Assembly: GCA_965222225.1 (NCBI GenBank)
Contig: CBDCTK010000002.1
Coordinates: forward strand, 1,088,001-1,152,000
Length of the DNA stretch: 64,000 nucleotides
DNA from: Candidatus Poribacteria bacterium
GTDB taxonomy: Bacteria; Poribacteria; WGA-4E; JAJDTR01
Reading direction: 5' to 3'
Each line of letters starts with the position of its first letter. Position 1 is the stretch's first letter. Of the stretch, positions 1-10,197 are shown one piece after another. The notes under the pieces were generated by a model. The model was given only the letters and a program-made list of their open reading frames with translations. It was not told the origin of the DNA and searched no databases. The position numbers and the translations under genes were made by a program.

Positions 1-224
1 GCTTAGAAACCGATGATCGATCGAATATGAAAGCGGAATACGGAAGATTCGCTACCAGCGTTGAAGGCATTTTCGCTGCTGGAGATTGCCGACGAGGCCA
101 ATCGCTAGTCGTCTGGGCAATTGCCGAAGGCCGCGGTGCGGCGCACGCTGTGGATAAATACTTGATGGGCTCTTCTGACCTACCGATTCCCGGTGTATCG
201 CTTTCGGACATAAGCAGAATGTAA
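1..224 (+). CDS. gltD: Glutamate synthase small subunit, C-terminal end (truncated by window edge)
   Basis: [39 protein letters not shown] is the characteristic GltD C-terminus. Confidence 0.9.
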   Translation, partial: LETDDRSNMKAEYGRFATSVEGIFAAGDCRRGQSLVVWAIAEGRGAAHAVDKYLMGSSDLPIPGVSLSDISRM

Positions 225-287
225 GTCAATCTTCTCCCTTGATTCCCGTCTCAAACTCCTTTCACAACTCACAACTGTATGTAAGCG

Positions 288-327
288 GGCACAAAAAAAG
301 GCAGCCTTAAGCTGCCTTTTTTGTGCC
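288..327. terminator. Bidirectional intrinsic terminator between convergent gltD and exbD
   Basis: GGCACAAAAAAAGGCAGC-CTTAA-GCTGCCTTTTTTGTGCC hairpin with A/T tracts on both sides. Confidence 0.85.
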
Positions 328-348
328 TATGTGTGGTTTAAGGTAGAA

Positions 349-768
349 TCAAGTCTCCTCTGAAACCGCTAGAGCGATTTCCTGCCCTTCTGGTTTACTG
401 AAACGCTGCTTCGCACGTTCCATAACATCTATCACGACTCCGTGTTCCGCCCGTCTGTCCGCCTTAATTATCAGTGTACTAATTTTATTTTCGTTCGCTG
501 CCAAGAACAAATCAAGATCTTCAAGAGATAGCATTTCCTGATCGTCTACGGACAAACGACCATCTTGACTAATGAAAACGTTGAATTTCTTCCTTGGGAA
601 TTCATGCTGAGTAGCTGAATCAGGCAAACTCACTGAAAACGGCGGCGGGATACGCATAATTGCCGAAACCATAAAGAAGATTAAGAGCAGAAACACGCAA
701 TCAATCATCGGAGCCATCGGTATATCTTCATCTCTATCTTTCTGTTTCCGACGTCCACTTCCAGCCAT
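349..768 (-). CDS. exbD: ExbD/TolR family biopolymer transport protein
   Basis: MAPMIDCVFLLLIFFMVS TM motif with conserved Asp; IIKADR..HGVVIDVME periplasmic motif. Confidence 0.9.
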   Translation of the reverse strand: MAGSGRRKQKDRDEDIPMAPMIDCVFLLLIFFMVSAIMRIPPPFSVSLPDSATQHEFPRKKFNVFISQDGRLSVDDQEMLSLEDLDLFLAANENKISTLIIKADRRAEHGVVIDVMERAKQRFSKPEGQEIALAVSEET

Positions 769-798
769 ATTGAAATCTCCTTTCCTAATTGCTCGCGA

Positions 799-1254
799 CT
801 ATTCTCTCGCTACAACCGCAAAACCTACCTTATCAATACCTGCTTGCTTCGCCCTATCCATGATCTGAACAATTTGTTCGTGCAATACTTTTCGCTCCGA
901 TTGAATAATCAGCATGTTCTTCGCTTCTTCAGTCGCGTTGATTAATAGACTAAACATCTGTTCAATCTCGACGATTTCGTCGTTCAGAACCATGATTCCC
1001 TCTCGCTGACCGGCTGTCGGGTTAGCAATTCGCACAATGAGCCCTTTGGGTTTTTCAGTATTCGGCTTACCTGGCGGAGGAAGCTGTACCCGAATTCCCG
1101 GCATTGGCGAGAAAGTGGTCGAAACCATGAAGAAAATTAAAAGCAGAAACACACAATCAATCATCGGTGCCATACTGAGAGTTGGCGCTTTTCTCTCTCT
1201 AAGTCTTGTGGAAAGCACTGTTTGTTTCTTCACGCTGCTCGCTACCTGTTGCAT
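799..1254 (-). CDS. exbD: ExbD/TolR family protein (second copy)
   Basis: MAPMIDCVFLLLIFFMVSTTF; IVQIMDRAKQAGIDKVGFA; AAAGGAGG RBS favours ATG at 1254. Confidence 0.9.
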   Translation of the reverse strand: MQQVASSVKKQTVLSTRLRERKAPTLSMAPMIDCVFLLLIFFMVSTTFSPMPGIRVQLPPPGKPNTEKPKGLIVRIANPTAGQREGIMVLNDEIVEIEQMFSLLINATEEAKNMLIIQSERKVLHEQIVQIMDRAKQAGIDKVGFAVVARE

Positions 1255-1385
1255 ATTGACACCTCCTTTCATTCAGATGACAATCCAAGACCGGAAACTT
1301 CTGAAACGTTGTCCGATGTAAAGTTTGTTGGGAATCTATTGTTTTTTTGACAACGAGAGATTCCCAACAAGGCAATGGCGTAATA

Positions 1386-2393
1386 CTATGCGGCGCCCTC
1401 TTGGCCAAGAACAAGCTGGTTAACGATTTCTGTTGAAACCTGACCAATCTCAAGAACATACCTGTTGACCCAACTATCAAATAGCTGATAGAAGATCAAG
1501 CAAGGAATCGCGATGGTGAGACCTGCCGCGGTTGTTAACAAAGCCTGAGAAATACCCCCTGCCAACTGTTGCGGATCGCCAGTACCCTCCAAAGCAATTG
1601 TCGTAAACGCGTTGATCATACCGGTAACGGTTCCCAAGAGACCAAATAGTGGTGAAACGACTGCGATTGTTCCAAGCACCGGAAGATTCTTTTCCAATTC
1701 CGGAGTCTCAAGCAATTCGGCTTCCTCAATGGCTTCCTGTATCTCGTCCTTGGTGATTTCGCGTTCTTCAATTTGTGCCTGACTGAACCTCAACAATCCT
1801 GCCTTTAAGACGTTAGCAAGCGGCCCACCGGCATCCTCGCATGTAGAAACGGCTTCCATTATGTTTTCATTGCGGAGCGAGTCTGTAATGCTAGCCATGA
1901 ATTGTTCCGCACCGATTTTCGACCTGGCCCGGGCAAAAGTAAAGAATCTTTCAATAATAAACGTCAGAGCTGTAACAGAACAGAGCGCTAGTGGCCAGAA
2001 GACAAATCCCATCTTTTGAAAGAAGGTAACTATGTTGTCTTTCTTGGTCATTTTCAGGGGAAAATACCTGTCACCGCCAGCAACCACATTTACAGGTTTA
2101 CCTACTCTGTCTCCGTAGCCGTCTTTAAAAATACTGATAAAGTATCTGCCGGTAGGTAGATTAGTAATTTCGTATTCCCCAGCATCATCTGTCATTCCCT
2201 TGTATTCTGTCCCAGCGACATCTTTTATAATCACCTCAACTCCCGGGATAGGGGCGCGCGCGCTCGTAGTATCTTCAATCGCTCCGCGTACTGTACCACC
2301 CCCACCGGACACATCTGCTTCTTGGGCAACGGAGATAACGCTACCCATCGCTGAGAGAATCGTAATAGTTAAAATTAAACTCAACCGTTTCAT
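1386..2393 (-). CDS. exbB: MotA/TolQ/ExbB proton channel protein with N-terminal signal peptide and carboxypeptidase-regulatory-like beta-sandwich
   Basis: SPLFGLLGTVTGMINAF and LAGGISQALLTTAAGL motifs; N-terminal PIPGVEV..TDDAGEYEITNLPTGRY. Confidence 0.9.
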   Translation of the reverse strand: MKRLSLILTITILSAMGSVISVAQEADVSGGGGTVRGAIEDTTSARAPIPGVEVIIKDVAGTEYKGMTDDAGEYEITNLPTGRYFISIFKDGYGDRVGKPVNVVAGGDRYFPLKMTKKDNIVTFFQKMGFVFWPLALCSVTALTFIIERFFTFARARSKIGAEQFMASITDSLRNENIMEAVSTCEDAGGPLANVLKAGLLRFSQAQIEEREITKDEIQEAIEEAELLETPELEKNLPVLGTIAVVSPLFGLLGTVTGMINAFTTIALEGTGDPQQLAGGISQALLTTAAGLTIAIPCLIFYQLFDSWVNRYVLEIGQVSTEIVNQLVLGQEGAA

Positions 2394-2644
2394 ATTTGCC
2401 TCCTTTTAGTTGAACAAGAACTTTCAGAATATTTATGCAAGTAGTTGGTACTTTATCCTAAGATTCTTTCTAGATTTGGCGGTTTCGCTATTAGATATCG
2501 CTTTTCTAGGCTGAAATCCTCAATCTACCAAGCAAGACGTTGCTATAAACACCTGCATCTTTGAGAAGTTGCGCTTAGTACCAAGAAAAATGCTCTCCCC
2601 TAGCCAGTCATCACCAAGGGGAGAGCGTAGAGAAACAACAGTGT

Positions 2645-5600
2645 TTAGAATCCCATCATGGCACGAACAAATGTCGTGTTGCTTGTTGTATCTTCAAGCA
2701 AAATGGTCGTTCGTCTGTAACCTGCGAGTATTACGATATTAAATCCAAGCCATTCACCGCGGTTGATTGCTTGAATTTCGAAGATTCGTGTCCGTAGGTT
2801 GGGACGAAACAGGATGGGTACTTCCTCATCTGATGGGAAGTTTGTCAAGAACGCCTTGAAGTTGCTATCGCGGTTGGTGAATTTGCGATATTGAAAACCG
2901 CCAAGAACGTTCATTCTCTGCGTGAATTGGTAATCTAGACGAACCCCCAGAACATCTTCGCGACTTCTCTTGTTGAATCGAAGGTACTCTATCGGTTCAA
3001 TGTCTGTGGGAACGTACAGGCGTGGATTGAGCGGTGAGACATATACACCGGCAGCAATTTCATCGGCAGTGTGGTCGAACACTTTCTCCCAGATATATTT
3101 AGCCATCGGTGTGACCGTCAAGTCTTCGCCTATATTTTTCACGAAGTCCAAATCTCCCAACGGGATTTCATATTTCGCCCGCAAGATAGTCACTTGGTTG
3201 CGGATATTTTTTTCATCGTACCGTCGGGGTTTCCAATTGTCCTGATCATAAATCAACCCGGTATCTCCGCCATCCAATGGGTTGATTCCATGGTCGGGAT
3301 AGAACGGGAATTCTCGTTTTTCACCCGAATCACGTACCTGTTCAATCGGTACCATGAAATCAGTGCGCTGATTCCGCTCATTACCGGTTCGGGTCGCTTC
3401 CTCATCATCTACCCGATCTAATGCGATGGCATCTTGATCATCCGGTTGAAATTGCTTCTGCAAGGCAACTAGGAACTTTGCTTCTAGTGTTAAGTTCGGA
3501 ATTGCCGTATAGAGAAATTGGAGAGCGGTAGTGTTCACTCGTGAGTTGTAGAAATCAAGTTCGTCAGATATCTGAACAGGTTCGAGTTCTCCAACACGTA
3601 AGGTAATCGAATAATCCGGAATGTCGTCCTTAACACGGACGAGGCGGTTTTGGAATAAAATTGTTCCAAAGTCCGGAATATCACGCTGGTAGGTGACATG
3701 GAAATACCTTGAGTCGTTTTGACGCCGACTAGAAACCTCACTCTCGTTCAACCATCCGACCTTAAGCGTCATGTTGTCGAGTATGTCATAGCTGGCAACT
3801 AGGTGGTATCCCTCACGATCAATTCCGTACTCGTACTGTGGCTCAAAATCATCTTCTAGCGAATCGATTGTTCCGTTGTTGTTTAGATCGACAAGATCCG
3901 TGAAGACGGGCGGATCCGCTTCAAAGATAAGAAAGTCTTCCTGAAAGTCTAGGATTCCATTCTGGTCGCGATCGTCAGCACGTGGCAGAACGCCATCGAA
4001 ATCAATGTCATCTGGCCAATCATCATCATCATCATCGTCTTCGATAAGCTGATAATCGATTTCATCAAATGGATCGACCTCTGACGAAGATTCGGGAGTA
4101 CGAGGCAAGGAGTACGCCTGATCTCTATCACTATTGGCGCCCCAATTCCGATACGTCGTTGTATATCCGGGGTCAATATGATAGAAAGTTTCCTCTAGGA
4201 ACAGCTTCCCAAAACGTTGTTTAAGATTTACAAACCAAGCAACTTCGCGCCCTAATTCCCCATCTCCATCTTCAGGAGTGCCATCACCGCCTAATTTGGC
4301 TTCGAATTTCTCTCCTTCAGTTTCCGAATAGGTAGCCACGCCATTCGCATCTCCCGGCAGCAGAGTGCGGCGGTCAACACTAATGCCCGTTGACTCCACA
4401 CCATCAGGGGTAGTAATCTCCTCCTTCAGACGGCTAAAGCCAACCTTTTCCTTGGGAACGGTCGGGTACTGCTTATGCTTGCTGTTAATCGAGTAATGCG
4501 CCCGTATGAAAGTGTTGAATAGGGTACCTTCAAGATCGAGCCCGTACAGAATCGCCGCACGGGCGGCACCGTAGCGGTAGTGGATTTTTCGAGGTCTTCC
4601 CTCATCAGTCCATTGGCTTGGGTTATAGGCGAGGCTATCGCGGTTTTCAGCATACTCAGAAGATTGGCCGTAATTTCCAGGGGCTTCGATTACGTCCCGA
4701 AATGGCATCTCAATATGGCCATCCTCGGTTTTAATCCATTCCTGTAATTCCGGATCGTCCTCAGCCTTGTTGGCTTCACTAAAGCCCATAACGACGATGT
4801 TATAATCACCGGCAACCACCAAATCAAACTCGACTGATTTGACTTGTCGCGGATCAATATCGTGATCGGCGAGGACTAGGTCATACTTCATCGCGTGGAA
4901 TCCCTCAACAATCTTCCAAAGACTGTCTTCAGAGTTGCGTGGTGGCCTACTACCCGTAACAGCAGTGATATCCGAATTGAGGTCGAACGATCCATTTGCA
5001 GCACTGATTACAGTAGTCTCCTCGGGCAAAAGTCCCGGCTCGACACCTGCGATACGATCAGTTCGAGAGATTACCTCTTGCGCCTGAGTAACAATCGTCA
5101 CCTTAATATCCTTGACTGCCGCTCCAACACCTCCATGAACTAGGTCGGCATCCCGGGTGGGGCTCAGACCCAAAAACGCCCTCGGGTGGTTATCCTCTGG
5201 CGAATCATCGCGGAAGACTACGGTAATGTGCTCGGGCGGCGTGTTTGGCACCGTACCCAGCAGCGGATTTTCAACTCGTTCCGGGTGTTCCTTGTGCAAA
5301 TTCATGTAGGTAACACCTACGCGGAAAATATCGCCTAGAAGCCCTTGAGCGCGAAAGCCTATTAAACGGGCATTCTCAATATGACGTAACTGTGCATCAT
5401 CGTTTAAGCCATTTCTACGACCAAGTGTCGGTGCAAGGTTGGCTGCCGCGTCTGAAAGTCTAACAGGGTTAGAAATACGTGAATTCAGCAAGGTAAAGAG
5501 GTGTCGTTCCTGTGAAAAAGAAAGATCCCACCTAAACCCATCAAATTCTGTTTTGAATATGATGTATCGGTTAGGGAACAGCGTAGAAGGCTTGATACGC

Positions 5601-5986
5601 ATGTTATCACCGATTGCGAACTCGCTATGCCTGCCTCGGAAGCTATCCGTAGTGAGAATTGTACGGTCCAATTGCGCGGAAAATCTTTCGCTATCAAGCT
5701 GACCAGTCCAACCAACGATTAGCTCACCGTTCTGATCGAATTCTTTCCGTTCTCGGTAATTAAAAACCTCATTACCCTCAAGCAACTCTTTTCCAAACAG
5801 GTCATAGAAGAATTGGGGTTCTTCTTCCAATTGGAAACGATCGGAGAACTTTGACTGTCCTTCAATCGTTGGTAGCAAAGGTTCTTGAGGCCCTAGACTT
5901 GACGCCCCACAACCGTACAAGATGAAACAACTCAAGATACATGCAATAATAGAAACAGCATTTAACCACCGTTTCAACATTTTCAT
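2645..5986 (-). CDS. Large (1113 aa) putative outer-membrane lipoprotein/beta-barrel with acidic Ca-binding-like motifs
   Basis: Lipobox-like ILYGC; DDDDDDDWPDD, DRDQNGILD and DLNNNGTID motifs; amphipathic C-terminal strands ending in Phe; GGAGG RBS. Confidence 0.6.
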   Translation of the reverse strand: MKMLKRWLNAVSIIACILSCFILYGCGASSLGPQEPLLPTIEGQSKFSDRFQLEEEPQFFYDLFGKELLEGNEVFNYRERKEFDQNGELIVGWTGQLDSERFSAQLDRTILTTDSFRGRHSEFAIGDNMRIKPSTLFPNRYIIFKTEFDGFRWDLSFSQERHLFTLLNSRISNPVRLSDAAANLAPTLGRRNGLNDDAQLRHIENARLIGFRAQGLLGDIFRVGVTYMNLHKEHPERVENPLLGTVPNTPPEHITVVFRDDSPEDNHPRAFLGLSPTRDADLVHGGVGAAVKDIKVTIVTQAQEVISRTDRIAGVEPGLLPEETTVISAANGSFDLNSDITAVTGSRPPRNSEDSLWKIVEGFHAMKYDLVLADHDIDPRQVKSVEFDLVVAGDYNIVVMGFSEANKAEDDPELQEWIKTEDGHIEMPFRDVIEAPGNYGQSSEYAENRDSLAYNPSQWTDEGRPRKIHYRYGAARAAILYGLDLEGTLFNTFIRAHYSINSKHKQYPTVPKEKVGFSRLKEEITTPDGVESTGISVDRRTLLPGDANGVATYSETEGEKFEAKLGGDGTPEDGDGELGREVAWFVNLKQRFGKLFLEETFYHIDPGYTTTYRNWGANSDRDQAYSLPRTPESSSEVDPFDEIDYQLIEDDDDDDDWPDDIDFDGVLPRADDRDQNGILDFQEDFLIFEADPPVFTDLVDLNNNGTIDSLEDDFEPQYEYGIDREGYHLVASYDILDNMTLKVGWLNESEVSSRRQNDSRYFHVTYQRDIPDFGTILFQNRLVRVKDDIPDYSITLRVGELEPVQISDELDFYNSRVNTTALQFLYTAIPNLTLEAKFLVALQKQFQPDDQDAIALDRVDDEEATRTGNERNQRTDFMVPIEQVRDSGEKREFPFYPDHGINPLDGGDTGLIYDQDNWKPRRYDEKNIRNQVTILRAKYEIPLGDLDFVKNIGEDLTVTPMAKYIWEKVFDHTADEIAAGVYVSPLNPRLYVPTDIEPIEYLRFNKRSREDVLGVRLDYQFTQRMNVLGGFQYRKFTNRDSNFKAFLTNFPSDEEVPILFRPNLRTRIFEIQAINRGEWLGFNIVILAGYRRTTILLEDTTSNTTFVRAMMGF

Positions 5987-6291
5987 TTTTTCTTGCCTCC
6001 ATGAAGTAAATTGGATTTATTTTGAAACCGACGAAAATAAGTGATAAGAAGAGTAAACAACAGAAAGCAGATACCTGTTAATTAATACAAGACCAATCTT
6101 TGCAATAATCGCCTGACTCCATAAGCACTATATTCCATCCCAAACTACACCGAGAAAACAGTATCCGCGAAACCTACTGTTGGCTAACTTTTGATTCCTC
6201 CATATAGGGGGAGCAATGCCTACCTGCGGTGCCCTCAAAGTTCGCTGTCAATTACAGGAGAACATAAGTGAGTTTCAACAAATGGACTTTT

Positions 6292-6320
6292 AAGATATCA
6301 CTTCTGGTAATATCTGTCAA
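6292..6320 (-). promoter_or_regulatory. Sigma70-type promoter for the OM-protein/exbBDD operon
   Basis: Minus strand TTGACA-17 bp-TATCTT. Confidence 0.55.
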
Positions 6321-6557
6321 GACTTTTTTTTGACTAAAAGAAGTTTAACCGTTTGTATCGGATTGTATCGGATTTGTGCGAAGAACCCTCAATTATGAGA
6401 TTGAAAATCCGATGACCACTCGCGTTGATTGTAGAGAATCATGAACATACACCTACTTACACCAAGGCAACATTTCAATGCGAGTTTGAGTTCCCTTGGC
6501 GAGGCCGTTGGACACCGGGAAGCCATCAGTGGTCCAGAGATAACCCCTGAGTGTTGG

Positions 6558-8666
6558 TTAAGTCGTTATAAACCCATGAAGGGAAAGATTACCGCGAGTT
6601 ATTCGATCGCGAGTTGTCCTCAAGGATTGGCGTGAGTTCGCGGCGAGATTAAGGATTAATACAATTGCATCGGCGTGAATGCCTAGAGCGAGTCCATCAA
6701 CCGACGAAAGAAGTGGCGACGCATCAAGTAATATCAGTTCATAATGTTCACGGAACTGCTCAAAGAGTGCTTGTAGGCGGGGTGAGTCAAGCAATTCGAT
6801 TGGAGTAGACGCAACACTTCTGATACTGAATAAATCGACATTCGCGATTTCAGTCTTCTGAATAGCTCGCTGCCAATCTGTAAGCGCATTAATCGGTGCA
6901 GATTGTCGGACAGAATCAGATGGTACACCGAATATCTCATGCTGCTTTGGTGCGATTACACTGCAGTCAACGACTAGGACAGGGGCTTTCACCAAAGCCA
7001 GTGTAACTCCTAGATTAGCCGTAATTACAGAAACGTGGTCGTTGTAATCACATCCTGCGAACATTAATACTTGCTTACTGATCTCGGGATTTGTCAGATT
7101 GATGTATGCAGCGATTTCTTGATAAACTCCCGGAACAGCGTGAGATACTAGATCTGTTTCTTGCCGCTTCGGCACGTGCCCCAAATGCATTATGCCTATG
7201 TCAGATTCCACTTCTTTTGGCGAGCTATAGGTCGTACTGAAATACTCCATGAGTATGGCAATAGAAACTCCCAGCGTCAAACCAACGATACCGGCTATCG
7301 CTACGATTGCCTTGACACGGGGACTCGTGGGAATCTTCCGAGGCACCGCGCCGTCAACGACTCCAAGACCTCCTATGGTATTTCCAGCATTTGATGTAGC
7401 ATGCGACGGATCCGATTCGGCGATTAAGATCCGTGTCTGCAGAATTCGTGTGAAGGTCTCTTTTGTCAACTCGTGCTTGAACTCGATCTCCCGCTTCATT
7501 TTGTCAAGCGACAGCTCATTCTCGGGTATGCTGCCAAGCAGTTGTTCCAACTCAGTTTCGACTGCTTCGAGTTGAGTTTTGACCAGTGGAAGGTTATGTT
7601 GTGCTCGGAGAATGCTTGCTTGTAGATTTATTAAGCCCTGCTGAACAGTATAATATAGCGGATCTGCTCCATGAGTCGTCGCGGTAACGGATTCAGCCGA
7701 TAGACTGAAGGACAATCTGTTCTTGACATCTTCAATTTGGGCTTTGATGGACTTCAATCCGGGCGCGTTCTCACCCACATCAGAAGCAATCAGCCCGATT
7801 TTTTGACTCTCAAGAGCGATTAGTCTCTCCATTTGAGACAACCAGATAGGATTAGCGCCTACCATCTCCGTGAGTTGCGTATGTACTGGGTGCTGCTTAA
7901 TCTCTGCTCGCAAGTGTTCCAATACCTTTTGAGAGGCGCCAATTGCCAATTCGAGCTCTTCTAGTTTCCCTTGGAGTTGCGCACGTCGCGAGGACGCACT
8001 AGAGAGTCTTTCTCGCCAGGTTCCAGGACCGCCATTTTTCCGAACAAACTCGGACGCTTCGTGTTCTTTTTTCTCTACCTCATCCTGCAATTCTTTCATT
8101 GTATCTCGTAGTAATTGGTGGCGTTGCTTCAAATTGGCAGAGTCCTGCTTTCGGCGGTACTCTTGCATCTCAGCGACTAACTGATTGGTCAGGAGAGCCG
8201 CATTGCGCTCGCCGCCTTCCTCTTCGGAAAGATACAGCGAGAGCTCAATATACTGCGAGTCTGAGCGGCTCTTTGATTTGAGATTTCGCCTCAATTTCCC
8301 GACTGGGGGCAAGTAGCGAGCACCGCCGACTTCCGATTCCTCTAGCTGTTCAATAGCCGCCGTTATCATAGACTCCGAAAGAAAGCGTTGACCGACAGTT
8401 TCCATCTCGCTTCGGTCAACTCCACCGGAAAGGACACTTTGAACAACATTGGCGGATGGTATTGGTGTGCTTGATGCTGGTTGGTCAAATTCCAGTAGCG
8501 TAGAAGCTACGTACGTTTTAGGCAGGTGTAAACTAACTACGAGAGCAGTACCTACAAGCAACAGAAAACACAAGCATATAATAAAATCGTACTTCCGTAT
8601 TACAGAGAGGTAATCCCGTAAGTGGACCTCTTTTTGAGGCATCGAAATCGTATTTCCTTCCTCCAT
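6558..8666 (-). CDS. Wzc/GumC-like polysaccharide co-polymerase with degenerate BY-kinase domain
   Basis: N-terminal EVHLRDYL + TM + PKTYVAST; coiled coil; VVDGAVP..PTSPR + second TM; YELILLDASPLL. Confidence 0.8.
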   Translation of the reverse strand: MEEGNTISMPQKEVHLRDYLSVIRKYDFIICLCFLLLVGTALVVSLHLPKTYVASTLLEFDQPASSTPIPSANVVQSVLSGGVDRSEMETVGQRFLSESMITAAIEQLEESEVGGARYLPPVGKLRRNLKSKSRSDSQYIELSLYLSEEEGGERNAALLTNQLVAEMQEYRRKQDSANLKQRHQLLRDTMKELQDEVEKKEHEASEFVRKNGGPGTWRERLSSASSRRAQLQGKLEELELAIGASQKVLEHLRAEIKQHPVHTQLTEMVGANPIWLSQMERLIALESQKIGLIASDVGENAPGLKSIKAQIEDVKNRLSFSLSAESVTATTHGADPLYYTVQQGLINLQASILRAQHNLPLVKTQLEAVETELEQLLGSIPENELSLDKMKREIEFKHELTKETFTRILQTRILIAESDPSHATSNAGNTIGGLGVVDGAVPRKIPTSPRVKAIVAIAGIVGLTLGVSIAILMEYFSTTYSSPKEVESDIGIMHLGHVPKRQETDLVSHAVPGVYQEIAAYINLTNPEISKQVLMFAGCDYNDHVSVITANLGVTLALVKAPVLVVDCSVIAPKQHEIFGVPSDSVRQSAPINALTDWQRAIQKTEIANVDLFSIRSVASTPIELLDSPRLQALFEQFREHYELILLDASPLLSSVDGLALGIHADAIVLILNLAANSRQSLRTTRDRITRGNLSLHGFITT

Positions 8667-8814
8667 TGATGAGCGAAGAACTCTTGCTCCCTTCGTTGTC
8701 TTAAGCTGAATTCAATTGTCATCCCGGTTAACGATTGTACAGCACTTATGCTAATTGGCAGAGTTTTAGCCGGATACCAACGATTATTGGACACGGCGGA
8801 GAACCATTTGTCAT

Positions 8815-9378
8815 CTAGCGCGCCACCTCAATCTGTTCTTCGCTATATGCTTCATCAATCCACTCCGTAATACGCCATTCACTGTCTCTCAGTTCAAAGA
8901 TAAACAGATTATCCCCTTCGGCATACCATCCCGTATATCCACCTTCAAGAGATTCACCGTCGGCGACAAATCCTTGAATCCTATAATGAACTCTCACTTC
9001 GGCTCTGTTACGCTCCGCGTTTAACTCCATCTCGGGGGGCTCTTCCAACTCAATCTCAATGTCTTGGTACAAGCGGAACACTCGAACTGCTGAATCTCTT
9101 TCATCTCGAATGTCGTCAAAAATCACATCATCCGTTGCATCGTCAGGTGTTCCCATATCCGATACATAACGAAACTTGTCCGCCCAAAAAACATCTATGT
9201 ATGCACTTACATCTTCAGTTTCATACCCGGTACGCCACGCTTTCAACACCGCTTCAATCGCACCCAGCTCTTGAGACCGGGGTGCACCGATCTTCTCAAC
9301 ATCACCGCAACTCAAAAAACCTAACGTCACAGCCATCGTGAGTATTAAACTACCTGCTTTGGAAAATATCTTAAACAT
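8815..9378 (-). CDS. Lipoprotein, NTF2/SnoaL-like fold
   Basis: Lipobox LGFLSC; WRTGYETEDVSAY and FELRDSEWRITEW; GGAGG RBS before ATG 9378. Confidence 0.6.
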   Translation of the reverse strand: MFKIFSKAGSLILTMAVTLGFLSCGDVEKIGAPRSQELGAIEAVLKAWRTGYETEDVSAYIDVFWADKFRYVSDMGTPDDATDDVIFDDIRDERDSAVRVFRLYQDIEIELEEPPEMELNAERNRAEVRVHYRIQGFVADGESLEGGYTGWYAEGDNLFIFELRDSEWRITEWIDEAYSEEQIEVAR

Positions 9379-9518
9379 TACTGACAACCTCCACAACACG
9401 TTTTCATCCGAGGACAATTGAACTTCAACTAGCAATAACGGTTAGACAAACTCGCTCTCTCCACTAACAATCTGCCTAATATTTCCTGGCAATGCCATTG
9501 ACTAAAACCGCTCTTCTT

Positions 9519-10037
9519 TCAAAAAGTCTTTCTTAGATTCAAATATAATTTTGTCGGTGTTACACCGACACTCACGCCTAAATTCTCAATTTCCTTAGCT
9601 TCATCAATGAGTAAATTGACTTTTGCATTTGCGTTATAGAACTTGGCGCCAACGTACGAATCAATAACGCTATACGCCCATACACCGATAGCAGTGTACA
9701 AGAAGAACTGTCTAATTTTGTAGCGCTCGTTTGAGCTCTTGTATTGTGCAATTGCTTCCTCGGATTTCGGGTCTATAGTTGCGGCGGGAATGTACCGATT
9801 TGTATGGATGTTCTGAAAGGACTGATGTGCCGCTAAGGCGCCCGCAAGAGATGCCCCCACTCCTATCACCGAAAATGTTCCTCGAATCGGACTGCGCGAA
9901 TAATACTGTCCCCATCCAGGCATGATCGCCGATCGAACAATGGAACCAACTGGAGATATGAGGCGGAGTTCCTCTGATTGGGCGAAGCAAACCTGCGCGA
10001 AAGCCGAAAAGAAAAGAGTAATCGTCAGAATCTTCAC
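9519..10037 (-). CDS. DUF5683-like membrane protein
   Basis: SP..SIVRSAIMPGWGQYY and VWAYSVIDSYVGA motifs. Confidence 0.7.
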   Translation of the reverse strand: MKILTITLFFSAFAQVCFAQSEELRLISPVGSIVRSAIMPGWGQYYSRSPIRGTFSVIGVGASLAGALAAHQSFQNIHTNRYIPAATIDPKSEEAIAQYKSSNERYKIRQFFLYTAIGVWAYSVIDSYVGAKFYNANAKVNLLIDEAKEIENLGVSVGVTPTKLYLNLRKTF

Positions 10038-10197
10038 TTAGCACTACCCAGTAATTCCCTGTATAACTTAATCGCTGCAACCTTCGCAACTATACAATGA
10101 TAACGAATGTCGAATCTGCTGTCAACAAAAAAAATCTGCAAACAACCCATGGGACACGCTATGTGTTTGCATGAATACCTCAAAAACAATAATGATG

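Noticed and set aside
1326-1370. Intergenic hairpins within the exb operon (also about 2592-2628)
   Set aside because: Ordinary mRNA-stabilising or terminator-like stems; unrelated to the repeat families
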